A stretch of DNA of 42,713 bases from a virus (IMGVR_UViG_3300017700_000502:1-42713), one strand, 5' to 3'; numbered from the stretch's first letter, positions 18,223 through 27,125 are shown. Made by a program: numbers and translations. Notes: generated by a model from the sequence alone, not told the origin.

Positions 18223-18413
18223 TCCGGTTCCTCAAATATCTGGTCTATGTGCTCGGGCAGCAGTATCATGGCGTGGCCTAGCAGCCGGCAAGCGCCAAGC
18301 GCTCGAGCCCGCTCCCGTAGCGTCCGCTCTGAGATTTCAACACCAGAGCCAGCCAGTTCTGCAACCCACTGCGATGGGGTTTTGCCTTCGACGATGATGC
18401 GCGGTAGCCCCAC
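18027..18413 (-). CDS. Excisionase-like HTH protein overlapping int
   Basis: TPSQWVAEL..ISERTLRERAR..MILLPEHIDQI wHTH pattern directly upstream of int. Confidence 0.65.
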   Translation of the reverse strand: MGLPRIIVEGKTPSQWVAELAGSGVEISERTLRERARALGACRLLGHAMILLPEHIDQIFEEPEWRSKSTLGGTSGGLKDDLLIATSTSEKALERLTRISRKQPSGASKARRGNVVSLAPTRQGQKTS

Positions 18414-18554
18414 TTACAGCCACCCTCCGGTAATGAACGACTGAAGCTGAACACCGATCACATCCCGATAAGCCCACGCAAACCAGAGCGCGAGCACGAC
18501 CACCCCGATAGCCAGGGCCTTGGTGGAGGCACGGCGGGGACGACGGTAGGTCAT
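18414..18554 (-). CDS. Small single-pass membrane protein (46 aa)
   Basis: ATGA overlap with upstream gene; basic N-terminus then TM. Confidence 0.6.
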   Translation of the reverse strand: MTYRRPRRASTKALAIGVVVLALWFAWAYRDVIGVQLQSFITGGWL

Positions 18555-18766
18555 GGGGTGCCCCTGCGATTGAGCACCTTGGTTACGTCCTTGACAATGA
18601 CGTGGGCGAGGTATCCGGATGGGTGGTGCATGACCGGGTGAGAATCCCAACTAGCAAGCAGGAACCTCGCGGCGTCTCTCTGGCCCTCCGCACGCTGCGC
18701 CCGGCGGTGCATCAGCTTCAGCGCCTCACGGAGCTTGGCGATCTCTTCCTTTGCGTCCCCGCTCAT
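18551..18766 (-). CDS. Hypothetical protein
   Basis: ATGA-coupled in leftward operon. Confidence 0.7.
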   Translation of the reverse strand: MSGDAKEEIAKLREALKLMHRRAQRAEGQRDAARFLLASWDSHPVMHHPSGYLAHVIVKDVTKVLNRRGTP

Positions 18767-19563
18767 GTCCCACTCTCCCTGTCGGGGGATTGGGAAAGAG
18801 CGGTGCGCCCCTTATCGGTTATGCGATAGGTATTGTTAGCGCTGCTCCACGTCACCAGACCGTTCTTGACCATCGCGCCCAACTTCGGCTTTACCAGATT
18901 GCCGTTGGAGTACCCGAACAGCCGCTCTGAGATTTCGTATGGGGCAGACCAATCCATGACGGCGTGCAGATATTCACGCTCTCGCTTCGTCAGATGCGTC
19001 AGCTTTGGCGTGGGACGAACATTGCGCAGGTTGTGCAGCAGCTCGTCTTTTATAGGCCACGACATCAGCCCGCCGGGGACAGACGCGTCACCCATGGAAT
19101 TGATGCCTAGAGCATCATCAGGCACACTGGCGATGGCCTCGATGGCAGCATCAAGCGCCGTCTCCAACTGTGCTACGCTGGCTTCGGCTGCGGTGGCGCG
19201 GGCGACGTGGCGGCTGTAGTCTGCCCACCGAGCTGCGCAAATCTGGTCGCTGCTGCGTTTGATGCCGGCGATGTCGCTGCGGATAATGCTCAGATATAGC
19301 TCAGGATTGGCGGGGTCGCGCATGTTCGCGCGGTCCATGATATGAGCCTCAATCGTGCCGAACACGTTGTCCCACGCCTGAACCATGCTCTGGGCTTCGT
19401 CTCGCTGGCGGCGTGCATCGTCTCGCTCGAAAGCGTACTTCGACAGCAGCGTTTTGATCGCGGTCGGCAGTTCTGTCAGCATCGGCTTTGCGCCAAGGCC
19501 AGACGCCTCCCGGATTTCGGCTATGATCGCCAGCAGCCCGACGTAATCCTCTTCGGTTGCCAT
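18763..19563 (-). CDS. Hypothetical coiled-coil protein with C-terminal wHTH-like segment
   Basis: MVKNGLV..YRITDKGR wing motif; GGAG RBS. Confidence 0.7.
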   Translation of the reverse strand: MATEEDYVGLLAIIAEIREASGLGAKPMLTELPTAIKTLLSKYAFERDDARRQRDEAQSMVQAWDNVFGTIEAHIMDRANMRDPANPELYLSIIRSDIAGIKRSSDQICAARWADYSRHVARATAAEASVAQLETALDAAIEAIASVPDDALGINSMGDASVPGGLMSWPIKDELLHNLRNVRPTPKLTHLTKREREYLHAVMDWSAPYEISERLFGYSNGNLVKPKLGAMVKNGLVTWSSANNTYRITDKGRTALSQSPDRESGT

Positions 19564-19564
19564 C

Positions 19565-19855
19565 TTACTCTCCCTTCTGGGTAAGGATGGCGCGGCCGGC
19601 GGGGGTCAGGCGGGTATAGGAGCCACGACGTTCTGTCCTGCACATGTGGAGGACCAAGCCCATGCGCTCAAGCCGGGCGATCATCGTTCCACCGACGCGC
19701 CCAAGGCCTTGCGGGCTTGTCCTATTGCCGCCTCGGCGCTTTTCCTCGACGCCGGGCCGCTCCATCATAGCCTGCCCTAGTTGGGACGCATAATCCCCGC
19801 GCCCTTTGTCGATGGCCTGGAGCGCAAACAACTGCGCCTTCGTCAGCTCACCCAT
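19565..19855 (-). CDS. Hypothetical wHTH-like protein
   Basis: LTKAQ..L..RLERMGLV..RLTPAGR; GGAGG RBS before ATG 19855. Confidence 0.7.
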   Translation of the reverse strand: MGELTKAQLFALQAIDKGRGDYASQLGQAMMERPGVEEKRRGGNRTSPQGLGRVGGTMIARLERMGLVLHMCRTERRGSYTRLTPAGRAILTQKGE

Positions 19856-20918
19856 TGCCGCCCTCCTTTGTCTCATCGGTTGAAAGCAATGCGCGGCGCC
19901 GGGCGTCCATTTCGTGGAGCGGCGCCCTTCCGAGCGCTTCGCATATCGCGTCGAAGGCCTGACGCTCAGCTCTGGTCCCATGTTCACGAGCGACTAGCGC
20001 GCTGACATACCCGTCAATCGCCTCGTGGATGCGCCCCAAGGTTTTCGGAAACCGCTTCGCTTCGCCCTCCTGTGTCTCATCGGTTGAAAGCAATGCGGGT
20101 TGCGTATCGCGGGGGGCATCTGAGGGATACACAAGAGCGCTGCGGATGCGGGCTTCGTGGCTGGCCTGCGCCTCCGCCATTGCGGCAGCAGCAGACGGGT
20201 ATGGATAATCGAACGCTGGCCAGTCTATGGGGGATATTCCCCAACTTGTTCCATTGGTGGTGACGCGGTAATCCCATCGGCGGCATGAGTACTCAATGCC
20301 GTCCGTTTGCCACTCCAGCGGCTTTATCGTCACCCCTACCCCGCTCGTAGAAGGAGAGCCGGCGCTTTCCGCTGGGGGGTGGGCGAGCAGGCGTTCAATT
20401 GCGATGGCGGCGCGCTCGTGGAAGTCGGCCATGATGCGGGGCTGCGCCGCGTACTCAGACGGTGGCTTGTCGCGCCAATAGGTGGCAGACATGCGCAGCC
20501 CCTCGGCTAACTCAGCCGGCGTCTCGTAGCGGCCAAGAGCGGCCTTGAAACGCTCCTCGACCGGTTGCCATTCCGGCTCCCCGCTTTCCGCTGGTGCGGG
20601 GGAGGCGCGGAGCCTGCGCACTTCGGCTATCAGCCGGGGCACGCGGAAGTGTGCTTCGTCCGGCAGATACTCTTGGCTCCACACGTTCAACTCTTCGTCG
20701 GTCGGGCGCCCCTTCTCCGATGTGCTTGCGAGATCAGACATGTGCGCATCGCTGAACGCATTCAGCACAAGGTCGTAGGCAGCGTGAAGCTCCTTGATCG
20801 AATGAACCTTCACGGTCACGTGGTATTCGCCGGAACCGGCCGTGCTGGTGATGAACGGAGGCGACTGTTGCCAATCGATCCGCCGCTCGTCTGATACTCT
20901 CTCCGTCTGTGTGGTCAT
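19848..20918 (-). CDS. Mosaic hypothetical protein
   Basis: 356 aa; IKPLEW..A.A.AQA.HEARIRSAL module; internal duplication of ALLSTDET. Confidence 0.7.
   Translation of the reverse strand: MTTQTERVSDERRIDWQQSPPFITSTAGSGEYHVTVKVHSIKELHAAYDLVLNAFSDAHMSDLASTSEKGRPTDEELNVWSQEYLPDEAHFRVPRLIAEVRRLRASPAPAESGEPEWQPVEERFKAALGRYETPAELAEGLRMSATYWRDKPPSEYAAQPRIMADFHERAAIAIERLLAHPPAESAGSPSTSGVGVTIKPLEWQTDGIEYSCRRWDYRVTTNGTSWGISPIDWPAFDYPYPSAAAAMAEAQASHEARIRSALVYPSDAPRDTQPALLSTDETQEGEAKRFPKTLGRIHEAIDGYVSALVAREHGTRAERQAFDAICEALGRAPLHEMDARRRALLSTDETKEGGNG
19859..20097. repeat. 35-bp direct repeat (19859-19893 and 20063-20097, 1 mismatch)
   Basis: CGCCCTCCT(T/G)TGTCTCATCGGTTGAAAGCAATGCG twice, 204 bp apart. 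Confidence 0.9.
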
Positions 20919-21307
20919 TTAAGCAGGCTCCATTTCTCGACTGGCCTTGTGGCGGTGCGCTGGGGTTCGGCGGGCCGGAAGCTGGCGCCACGCATCTTCG
21001 ACGGCGGCCGGGTGAACGCCTTAGCCTGGTGCTGGCGAGCTTCAGCGCGTTGCTTGGCCTCGGCTGAGGTCTTCGGAACGTGGTGCTCATGGAGCATCAG
21101 GGTCAGGTTGCCTTCCCTGTTCTCTCCGCCGTCGATCAGCGGGATAGTGTGCTCCCGGTCGATCTTGTCGCGGTTGAGGTTCATCACCCGGCCACAGCCG
21201 CAGGCGCACAGCCCGTTCTGGCGGGCGTAGATGCGCAGAAGCACCAGCTTGCCGGGCATGCTCTCCGGCGTCTTTCCGTGCCACTCGGGAACAGCGCGCG
21301 GGCTCAT
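20915..21307 (-). CDS. HNH-like endonuclease
   Basis: GLCACGCG..EHTIPLIDGGENREGNL..HHVPKT. Confidence 0.8.
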   Translation of the reverse strand: MSPRAVPEWHGKTPESMPGKLVLLRIYARQNGLCACGCGRVMNLNRDKIDREHTIPLIDGGENREGNLTLMLHEHHVPKTSAEAKQRAEARQHQAKAFTRPPSKMRGASFRPAEPQRTATRPVEKWSLLK

Positions 21308-21738
21308 GCTGCTGCAACCTCGTCCAGCCACCCGCCCTTGCGCGTCTCGGTCAACGGAATGCCGTTGGTGTCGCAATAGGCCAGCGTGTAGGTGATCAGG
21401 CTCGCCGCCCGGCGCACCGACATGAGCGCGCTGCTCTCCCGGATGTTGACGAACTCGCCTTCCAAGCCTGGAACCACCTCACTGCCTTCGGCCGTCGCGG
21501 CTGCGTGCCCGCTGATCAGCAGCACCTTCCACACTTCCGGCTTGCGAGGCTTGCCGATGAACAGGTGGCCAGACTTGGCGATGTCGCTGCAGATCGCGTG
21601 AAACATGGCGTTTTGGTCGCTCGATCGGGTCGGTTCGGAAACGGTGACGACATACCGTTCCGGCGCGGCCTCGAGCGCCAGCATGGCGTTGGCTCGCACC
21701 CGGTCGCTGACGAGGACAAAGGTTTTCTTGTCGCTCAC
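21304..21738 (-). CDS. ninB: NinB/Orf-family recombination mediator
   Basis: TRSSDQNAMFHAI..DIA and VVPGLEGEFV..SS..MS motifs. Confidence 0.85.
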   Translation of the reverse strand: MSDKKTFVLVSDRVRANAMLALEAAPERYVVTVSEPTRSSDQNAMFHAICSDIAKSGHLFIGKPRKPEVWKVLLISGHAAATAEGSEVVPGLEGEFVNIRESSALMSVRRAASLITYTLAYCDTNGIPLTETRKGGWLDEVAAA

Positions 21739-21932
21739 GAGAATGCTCCCGTAGTTGCCGACATTGCCCCGGCGTACAACTCGAGCAGGTCTTCCTGCCG
21801 GTCATCGGAGAGCGCGTTGAAGCGTTCCCCATCGATGCGGATTGCGCCGCGGCGCAACAGTTCGGCGTCACGCTTACGGCGGGCTTCGATCAGAAGCTCT
21901 CGCGTCACCCGGTAAAATTCGTCGGTTGTCAT
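21735..21932 (-). CDS. Hypothetical protein (65 aa)
   Basis: ATGA/GTGA-coupled on both sides. Confidence 0.65.
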   Translation of the reverse strand: MTTDEFYRVTRELLIEARRKRDAELLRRGAIRIDGERFNALSDDRQEDLLELYAGAMSATTGAFS

Positions 21933-22540
21933 GCTGCTGCCCTCACGAACCGCTCGGGAAGGTGGAAGCGAGCGAACCGCACGAAGTCCACCAAGGCACG
22001 CTCCACATCCTGCTGCATGCCCGGATATCGGTGCATGGTCAGGTTGTGGAAGTCGCGGATCAGGTAGTTCCGGGGCGCGCTCTCGATGGCGACAAAGATG
22101 TTCCACTGGAACGCATCGGCCCCGAATAGCTCGAGGTAGATGCGCCACTGGTAGCTATCGAGGTATCGATCGGCATCGAAGCGGGCGGTGAACTTGTGGT
22201 CGTAGACTTTGCGCCCATGGATGGCGTCCACCTTGCCGACGAGCGTGACGGTGGTGTCTTCTATTTCGTAGGTCGCCGTTGCCTTCATCTCGCGGATGGC
22301 CGGCAACTGGATTTCCACGTCCGTCTCGAATGAGAACGTGAACCCGTCCTGCACGAAGCCCTTGTGGTCGCCGGGCTCTGCCGTCTCGAGCGCCTTGTGC
22401 AGTGCAGACCCTGCCTCCATCGACTCTGTTGAAGGCATCAGCCGGCGCAACTGCCGGACAAGGTCGGCAAGGTCCGCCTCCTCCTCGTCGTAGAACCGGC
22501 GCAGGAGGTCAATCTCGGTGGTCGAGACGCGCAGGTCCAT
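21929..22540 (-). CDS. PD-(D/E)XK exonuclease
   Basis: GSALH..LVGKVDA..VYDHKFT..YQWRIY; next to Sak4-like gene. Confidence 0.8.
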   Translation of the reverse strand: MDLRVSTTEIDLLRRFYDEEEADLADLVRQLRRLMPSTESMEAGSALHKALETAEPGDHKGFVQDGFTFSFETDVEIQLPAIREMKATATYEIEDTTVTLVGKVDAIHGRKVYDHKFTARFDADRYLDSYQWRIYLELFGADAFQWNIFVAIESAPRNYLIRDFHNLTMHRYPGMQQDVERALVDFVRFARFHLPERFVRAAA

Positions 22541-23445
22541 CAGGCGGCTTCCTTCTGGGTGGTGCCGTACTGGCCCGCCGTCTTGTCGAAGGCCAAGCCC
22601 AGATCGGTCGCTCGAGCGTTGAGCAGCGCCTTGCTGGCGGTGCCGGCGGCGCGTGCTCGGTCAAGCAGCGCGTTGATGCCTTCGGCGTCATTGACCTTGG
22701 GCAGGGCATCTCGGAACCACTGCTGTTCGGCCGCGGCTTCGCGCTGGACTTCGGTCATCTCGTTGAGGCGGTCCTTGATCTGCTGGATGACGCGGCCAAG
22801 ATAGCCGTCGAACTCTGGCGCCGTGTGGTGCGGGATCTTCAGCGGCTCGAGCTGACCGGGGTTCTTGCCGAAGGAAGCATCAGACGGGGAGAACTTCAGC
22901 CAACGCTGGCCGTTCTCCATCGCAATGCGCCCCATGGCGTCGGCGGCCTTGTAGATTTCGCCCTTCGACCCGCCCTGGATGTCGAGGCGTTCGATGATCT
23001 CGTCACCGTTGCGCTGTTCGTCCATATGGGCGATCAGGACCACGTCCTTGCCGAAGCTGTTCAGCAGCTTGAGGAACTGGCCGAAGCGGTTCTTGAGTAC
23101 GCCATAGCCGGGAAGGGTCAGGGCGCCGTTCTTGTGCCCCTTGGGGTCTGTGCGGATGATGTCGGCGGTGAGCGCATCGAGGGCGCGGCCGGCGGTATCC
23201 ACGACAACCGTCTTGTAGGGCGCTAGATCATCCTCGGTGAGGCTAGTGACCTCGCTCCACGCATTGACCCGCACGGTGTCCTTGCGGTTGGCTGCACGGT
23301 GCGCGCCGTTGTCGAAATCGAGCAGCAGCGGCGCGTCGGCGGTGAAGGCGAGCGAGGTCTTGCCAATCCCCGGCGGGGCGTAGATAACGACGTTCAGGCG
23401 CTCCACCGGGATAGGGTCAGAGGCTCTGGTGATCTTGAGCGGCAT
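22540..23445 (-). CDS. Sak4-like (AAA_24) recombination ATPase / ssDNA-annealing protein
   Basis: Walker A YAPPGIGKTS, LLLDFDNG, Walker B VVVDT, VVLIAH. Confidence 0.85.
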   Translation of the reverse strand: MPLKITRASDPIPVERLNVVIYAPPGIGKTSLAFTADAPLLLDFDNGAHRAANRKDTVRVNAWSEVTSLTEDDLAPYKTVVVDTAGRALDALTADIIRTDPKGHKNGALTLPGYGVLKNRFGQFLKLLNSFGKDVVLIAHMDEQRNGDEIIERLDIQGGSKGEIYKAADAMGRIAMENGQRWLKFSPSDASFGKNPGQLEPLKIPHHTAPEFDGYLGRVIQQIKDRLNEMTEVQREAAAEQQWFRDALPKVNDAEGINALLDRARAAGTASKALLNARATDLGLAFDKTAGQYGTTQKEAA

Positions 23446-23692
23446 GTGCTTTCTCCATGTAAGCGAGGACGCTATCGGCCTCTCGTTGAGCGACAGCGAG
23501 GTTCCACTTTGCGGAGCGCCAGCAGCGTTCCGCTTCCTTGGTGCAGTGGCGGTATCCGGGTAGGTCGCCGCGTACTTCAGCCTCTCGAGCCCATGCCCGA
23601 TAGGCGTGAGAGGTCCGGCGCATCGTGACCGCTAGGCTGGCGAAGGCATCGCGTTCCGCCTTGTGGTCGCGGGTGACAAATGGCGCGCTCAC
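23417..23692 (-). CDS. Hypothetical protein
   Basis: GGAG RBS, in leftward operon. Confidence 0.65.
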   Translation of the reverse strand: MSAPFVTRDHKAERDAFASLAVTMRRTSHAYRAWAREAEVRGDLPGYRHCTKEAERCWRSAKWNLAVAQREADSVLAYMEKAHAAQDHQSL

Positions 23693-23741
23693 GACTTCGC
23701 TCCGGTCTGTGCGTTGGCGTTAGAGGGAGGGGTGGCAACGG

Positions 23742-24014
23742 TCATGGCGTGCCTCCAAGTTCCTCGATCTGGGTGTCGAGATCGCGCATCTGCTGTTCCA
23801 AATGATCGCTTACCGTGCGCTGCAGCAGGATCGCGAGTTCACCCACACCTCCAACCGCTTCGCGCAGGTTTGATCTCGTACCGGTGCCTTTGAATGCATC
23901 ATCGACTACGCCTATCCAGAAGTTCTTATTCGCCGTTTCCTTGACGTGTTGCAGGCGCTCTCTGGCGTCGTACAATTTCGCAAGGGCTTTGATGGTGTAT
24001 TGGTCAATGCTCAT
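23742..24014 (-). CDS. Hypothetical protein
   Basis: Coupled ORF in leftward operon. Confidence 0.7.
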   Translation of the reverse strand: MSIDQYTIKALAKLYDARERLQHVKETANKNFWIGVVDDAFKGTGTRSNLREAVGGVGELAILLQRTVSDHLEQQMRDLDTQIEELGGTP

Positions 24015-24151
24015 TTCGCCTTGTCCTTGTACGTTGGTAGGTCGATAGTCCGTGTCACGCGCTGTAGGGCTTCCACGGCCACGAGCAGGCGCTTGGCGGC
24101 CTTGCTGGCAACTTCTGCCTGTTCGGATGGGGTGAGGGGGTAGGGCGTCAT
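24011..24151 (-). CDS. Small hypothetical protein (46 aa), not in ORF track
   Basis: MTPYPLTPSEQAEVASKAAKRLL..; ATGA overlaps at both ends. Confidence 0.6.
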   Translation of the reverse strand: MTPYPLTPSEQAEVASKAAKRLLVAVEALQRVTRTIDLPTYKDKAK

Positions 24152-24945
24152 GCAGCCAACTCCAGCCATTCGATGAGGTCGAGTTGCACCGGGGCCTTGG
24201 GGCTAGAAACGATGCTGGCGATCCGGTCAGAGAACTGCTTGGCCTCTACCCATGAGTTTGGGTTGCGGCCCTGCTTCCGAGCTGCGAATGACCAACCCAT
24301 GCTGTCGGCGGTGGCGAGAAAACTCCGAACGGTGGAATTCAGCAGTGAAGTCACCTTCACCCCGAACCCATGCAACCGGAGGTCGGGCCGCACCTTGGCG
24401 ATTGCCTTCAGGACTGCGGCGATAAGCTCCGGGGAGCCGTTGCGCTTGCACACGGACCCGACGCCGACCCACATGTTTCTGACGAGGCGGTTGCCGTAGG
24501 CGGCGACATGCGCCACATAATCGGAGGGGGAATATCCTTGTAGGACTGGTAGGATAGGAAATGGGCAATTGCCCTCGAAACGGTCGTCCAGAGCTTGCTT
24601 GAGGGCATCGTATCTCTCGATTGTCAGGCGCTGATGGTCGGCAACGGTCAAGCCAGTTTTGGCGAGCATGAAGGCCTCACACATGTAATCCTGTGCGACG
24701 GCAGCATCGATCTGCACGACGCCTTCGCGGTACAGTCGCTCTAGTTCAGCAGCGTATTCATCGACTTCATGGCGATAGGCGCCGTACAGGTTAAGTTCGG
24801 TGAAGGCGCCGCTGTCCACGAGCACGCGAACGCCTGGGATCGGCTTTTTGCGTCCGCGCAGCCGGTTGATGCTGATGCATGCGCGGTCGAAGCGGTGCGC
24901 GTCTGCCGGCTGATGCAGTCCGACGTAAAACCTAACGTCGTTCAT
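24148..24945 (-). CDS. dpdA: TGT/DpdA-like (7-deazaguanine) DNA transglycosylase
   Basis: LVDSGAFT, QDYMCE, LPVLQG, VGVGSVCKR, LHGFGVK, ADSMGW motifs of the tRNA-guanine transglycosylase fold. Confidence 0.8.
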   Translation of the reverse strand: MNDVRFYVGLHQPADAHRFDRACISINRLRGRKKPIPGVRVLVDSGAFTELNLYGAYRHEVDEYAAELERLYREGVVQIDAAVAQDYMCEAFMLAKTGLTVADHQRLTIERYDALKQALDDRFEGNCPFPILPVLQGYSPSDYVAHVAAYGNRLVRNMWVGVGSVCKRNGSPELIAAVLKAIAKVRPDLRLHGFGVKVTSLLNSTVRSFLATADSMGWSFAARKQGRNPNSWVEAKQFSDRIASIVSSPKAPVQLDLIEWLELAA

Positions 24946-24952
24946 TTCGCAC

Positions 24953-25048
24953 CTATATAGCTATGAGGATCAGGGCGACGACGAACTCACCGGCAAGGAA
25001 CAGGCCGAAGTCGCGTCCGGCGTTCGTGGTGAAAAGGCGGGAGAGCAT
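24953..25048 (-). CDS. Small hydrophobic peptide (31 aa), not in ORF track
   Basis: MLSRLFTTNAGRDFGLFLAGEFVVALILIAI; TGATG overlap and GGAGG RBS. Confidence 0.5.
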   Translation of the reverse strand: MLSRLFTTNAGRDFGLFLAGEFVVALILIAI

Positions 25049-25344
25049 CAGGTGGCCTCCGCTTTCGCGATGGCGCGCTTGGCGCAATACAGCGCTGCCC
25101 ACGTTTCAGACGACGCCTCTTCCGAATGGTCCTTGGCGAAAGCCTCGAAATGCTCCACCATGCGCTGCAGCTCGCTGAGCAATTCAGGGGCCGCAGCGAT
25201 CAGACGAGCGTTGGCATTCGAGCTATCGCCATACCGTTGTGCGATGCACTGCCCTCCGCCGCCGGCCTTGTCCTGAACCGTCCAGTCACCACTCGGATGC
25301 GGGCCAACAACAAACCACGGCCCCGGCGTGTGTTCCTTGCTCAT
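25048..25344 (-). CDS. Conserved phage early hypothetical protein
   Basis: HTPGPW..ANARLIAAAPELL motif. Confidence 0.8.
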   Translation of the reverse strand: MSKEHTPGPWFVVGPHPSGDWTVQDKAGGGGQCIAQRYGDSSNANARLIAAAPELLSELQRMVEHFEAFAKDHSEEASSETWAALYCAKRAIAKAEAT

Positions 25345-25574
25345 GCTGCTACCTCCAGTTCGATGGCTTCGTCAGCCTCGGGGAAGAAGAACTCTGTGCA
25401 CTCGGTCCAGTCCTCACCGTTGCCGTAGTCGAACCAGATCGACCCGACCTCGGGAGTGAACTCAGGGTGAGCCTCGATCCACTTCGCAACGTCCGCACTG
25501 TCGTGCCCGATAAGGCCGTGGCGGTCGGCGTGGAAATAGCCCCATTTGTCGTAGTGGCTGACGTGAGGCATCAC
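25341..25574 (-). CDS. Acidic hypothetical protein
   Basis: Coupled ORF, D/E and aromatic rich. Confidence 0.7.
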   Translation of the reverse strand: MMPHVSHYDKWGYFHADRHGLIGHDSADVAKWIEAHPEFTPEVGSIWFDYGNGEDWTECTEFFFPEADEAIELEVAA

Positions 25575-25777
25575 ACCGCCCCCGCCAGTTCGGCTTCCAT
25601 GCGGTTGGCATAGACGCGGTTGAGGTAGATGGTGGCGCAGTGTGCGAGGCTGTCCCCATTGCGGAGCGCCCGGCGCTCGTCACGGTCAGCCTCCTTGCGG
25701 AGCCGCAAGATCTCGCGGGCCATCCACTGACGCTCGCCTGCCGGGATGCTGGTGGTCTGGCTGGTCTGGGTTGCCAT
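25571..25777 (-). CDS. Hypothetical protein
   Basis: AGGAGG RBS. Confidence 0.7.
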   Translation of the reverse strand: MATQTSQTTSIPAGERQWMAREILRLRKEADRDERRALRNGDSLAHCATIYLNRVYANRMEAELAGAV

Positions 25778-25804
25778 AGCGGCCTCCTGTGGGGTGAGTG
25801 CGGC

Positions 25805-26020
25805 TCAGTACCGACTGGCCGAGTAGAACAGCGCGCCGAACACGCCGAACACGAGCAACACGATGCTGGTGCCGACGATGGCCATCGCCCAATCGCCAGA
25901 GCCCCAAGCCACATAGGCCTGCGCCCCGGAACACACGTTGCGGATGAGCGTGCCGCCAATATCGTTGGCGCGTGCAATGCACTCGGTCGAATTGAGGTTG
26001 AGGTTCTGTGTGCCGTCCAT
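25805..26020 (-). CDS. Small membrane protein, first gene of the PL operon
   Basis: C-terminal TM; directly downstream of PL. Confidence 0.7.
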   Translation of the reverse strand: MDGTQNLNLNSTECIARANDIGGTLIRNVCSGAQAYVAWGSGDWAMAIVGTSIVLLVFGVFGALFYSASRY

Positions 26021-26064
26021 TTTTGTCCGATCCCCTGCGCCAGAGCGGCGCTTGCTGATAACCC

Positions 26065-26115
26065 ACTATGGATTTTCCATAACAGGCTGTCAACAACGAT
26101 TATGGGAAATCCATA
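26065..26115 (-). promoter_or_regulatory. PL promoter with two repressor operators
   Basis: TTGACA (26093-26088)-17 bp-CATAGT; palindromes TATGGATTTTCCATA 26067-26081 and TATGGGAAATCCATA 26101-26115. Confidence 0.85.
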
Positions 26116-26158
26116 CGACCAAAACGTGATTATGCGACGGCTAGATGACAGCCCGGAA

Positions 26159-26878
26159 TCAGCCGGCTTTTGGTGGGGTGGGGCGCGGAGCCCATCCGCC
26201 GACGACAAACCCCTTGGCCACGACCTCGGTGTCTGAGCCGAGAGACAGCAGCGGGATCGGTTGGTGTTTTGGGTTTGAGCTGTGGGGCACCAGGTACATG
26301 GCGCCCTTACGTCGTTCGGTCCATTTGAGCGTGTTCTCTACGAGCTGCCCGCCCGCTCTATGACGCTCTACGTGTAACAGCATTCCCTCTGCCAGCGCAT
26401 ATCCACTGTCGGCAAAGTCCACGCACGTCACGATGCTGCCATCGGGGTAATCTTGGTCGATGGAATCCCCGACAACCTGCAATGCGTATTGCTTCGCATG
26501 TGGATAGCGCGGGTCTCTAACGACCGGCACCATCGGATAACTCGTCCCCTCAGGCAAGTCGGCCACTTCTAGCCAATGCCCTGCTTGGACAATACCAAGT
26601 AACGGCAATCCTGCAACGTCAATTTCGTATGGGATTGCACCGACCATGTTCGGGTCAGCATTGCCGAAAAGAAGCCATTCGGCTGTGGTCTTGAATTTCC
26701 TAGCGTATTGCTCCGCCACCGTCTGGCGTAGCCCGCTGGTGCCGTTTTCGTGAGCGTAATAGGTCGGCGGCTTCACCCCGAGCGCACGTGCGGCGTCTGC
26801 GGCGGTTTCGTAACCGGCCTTCTTCCTGGCTTCTATGAGGCGTTCGCTAATATCAGACATCGTCGGAGAGATTGTCAT
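26159..26878 (-). CDS. cI: CI-like repressor (XRE HTH + S24 peptidase domain)
   Basis: RLIEARKKAG..AARALGV..TYYAHENG; YALQVVGDS, TLK; start may be 26860. Confidence 0.9.
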   Translation of the reverse strand: MTISPTMSDISERLIEARKKAGYETAADAARALGVKPPTYYAHENGTSGLRQTVAEQYARKFKTTAEWLLFGNADPNMVGAIPYEIDVAGLPLLGIVQAGHWLEVADLPEGTSYPMVPVVRDPRYPHAKQYALQVVGDSIDQDYPDGSIVTCVDFADSGYALAEGMLLHVERHRAGGQLVENTLKWTERRKGAMYLVPHSSNPKHQPIPLLSLGSDTEVVAKGFVVGGWAPRPTPPKAG

Positions 26879-26885
26879 GGTAGCC

Positions 26886-26927
26886 TATGGAAATCCCATT
26901 GACAGTGCTCTATGGAAAATCCATAAC
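26886..26927 (+). promoter_or_regulatory. PR promoter with two repressor operators
   Basis: TTGACA 26899-26904, 17 bp, CATAAC 26922-26927; TATGGAAATCCCATT 26886-26900 and TATGGAAAATCCATA 26911-26925. Confidence 0.85.
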
Positions 26928-26933
26928 AGACGG

Positions 26934-27125
26934 ATGCAAGACCATTTCGACATCGCAACCATCCGGGAAACGCTGGGGCTTACCCAGACCGCTCTAGCCG
27001 ATAAAATCGGCGTAGCGCAGGGCGACGTTTCAAATTGGGAAAACCGCAAGCACAAGCCATCGCGGGCAGCTCGGGCGACTATCGAGCGGCTGCTGGCGGA
27101 GCACCAACAGGGGCGCGCAGCATGA
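26934..27125 (+). CDS. cro: Cro-like XRE repressor
   Basis: IRETLGLTQTALADKIGVAQGDVSNWEN..PS; divergent from cI. Confidence 0.88.
   Translation: MQDHFDIATIRETLGLTQTALADKIGVAQGDVSNWENRKHKPSRAARATIERLLAEHQQGRAA

Noticed and set aside
21929-22540. Cas4 / CRISPR association
   Set aside because: No Fe-S cysteines and no repeat-spacer array in the genome; context is a Sak4 recombination module
23689-23745. 18-codon minigene MTVATPPSNANAQTGAKS on minus strand
   Set aside because: Overlaps both neighbours and may couple translation, but too short to support as a functional gene
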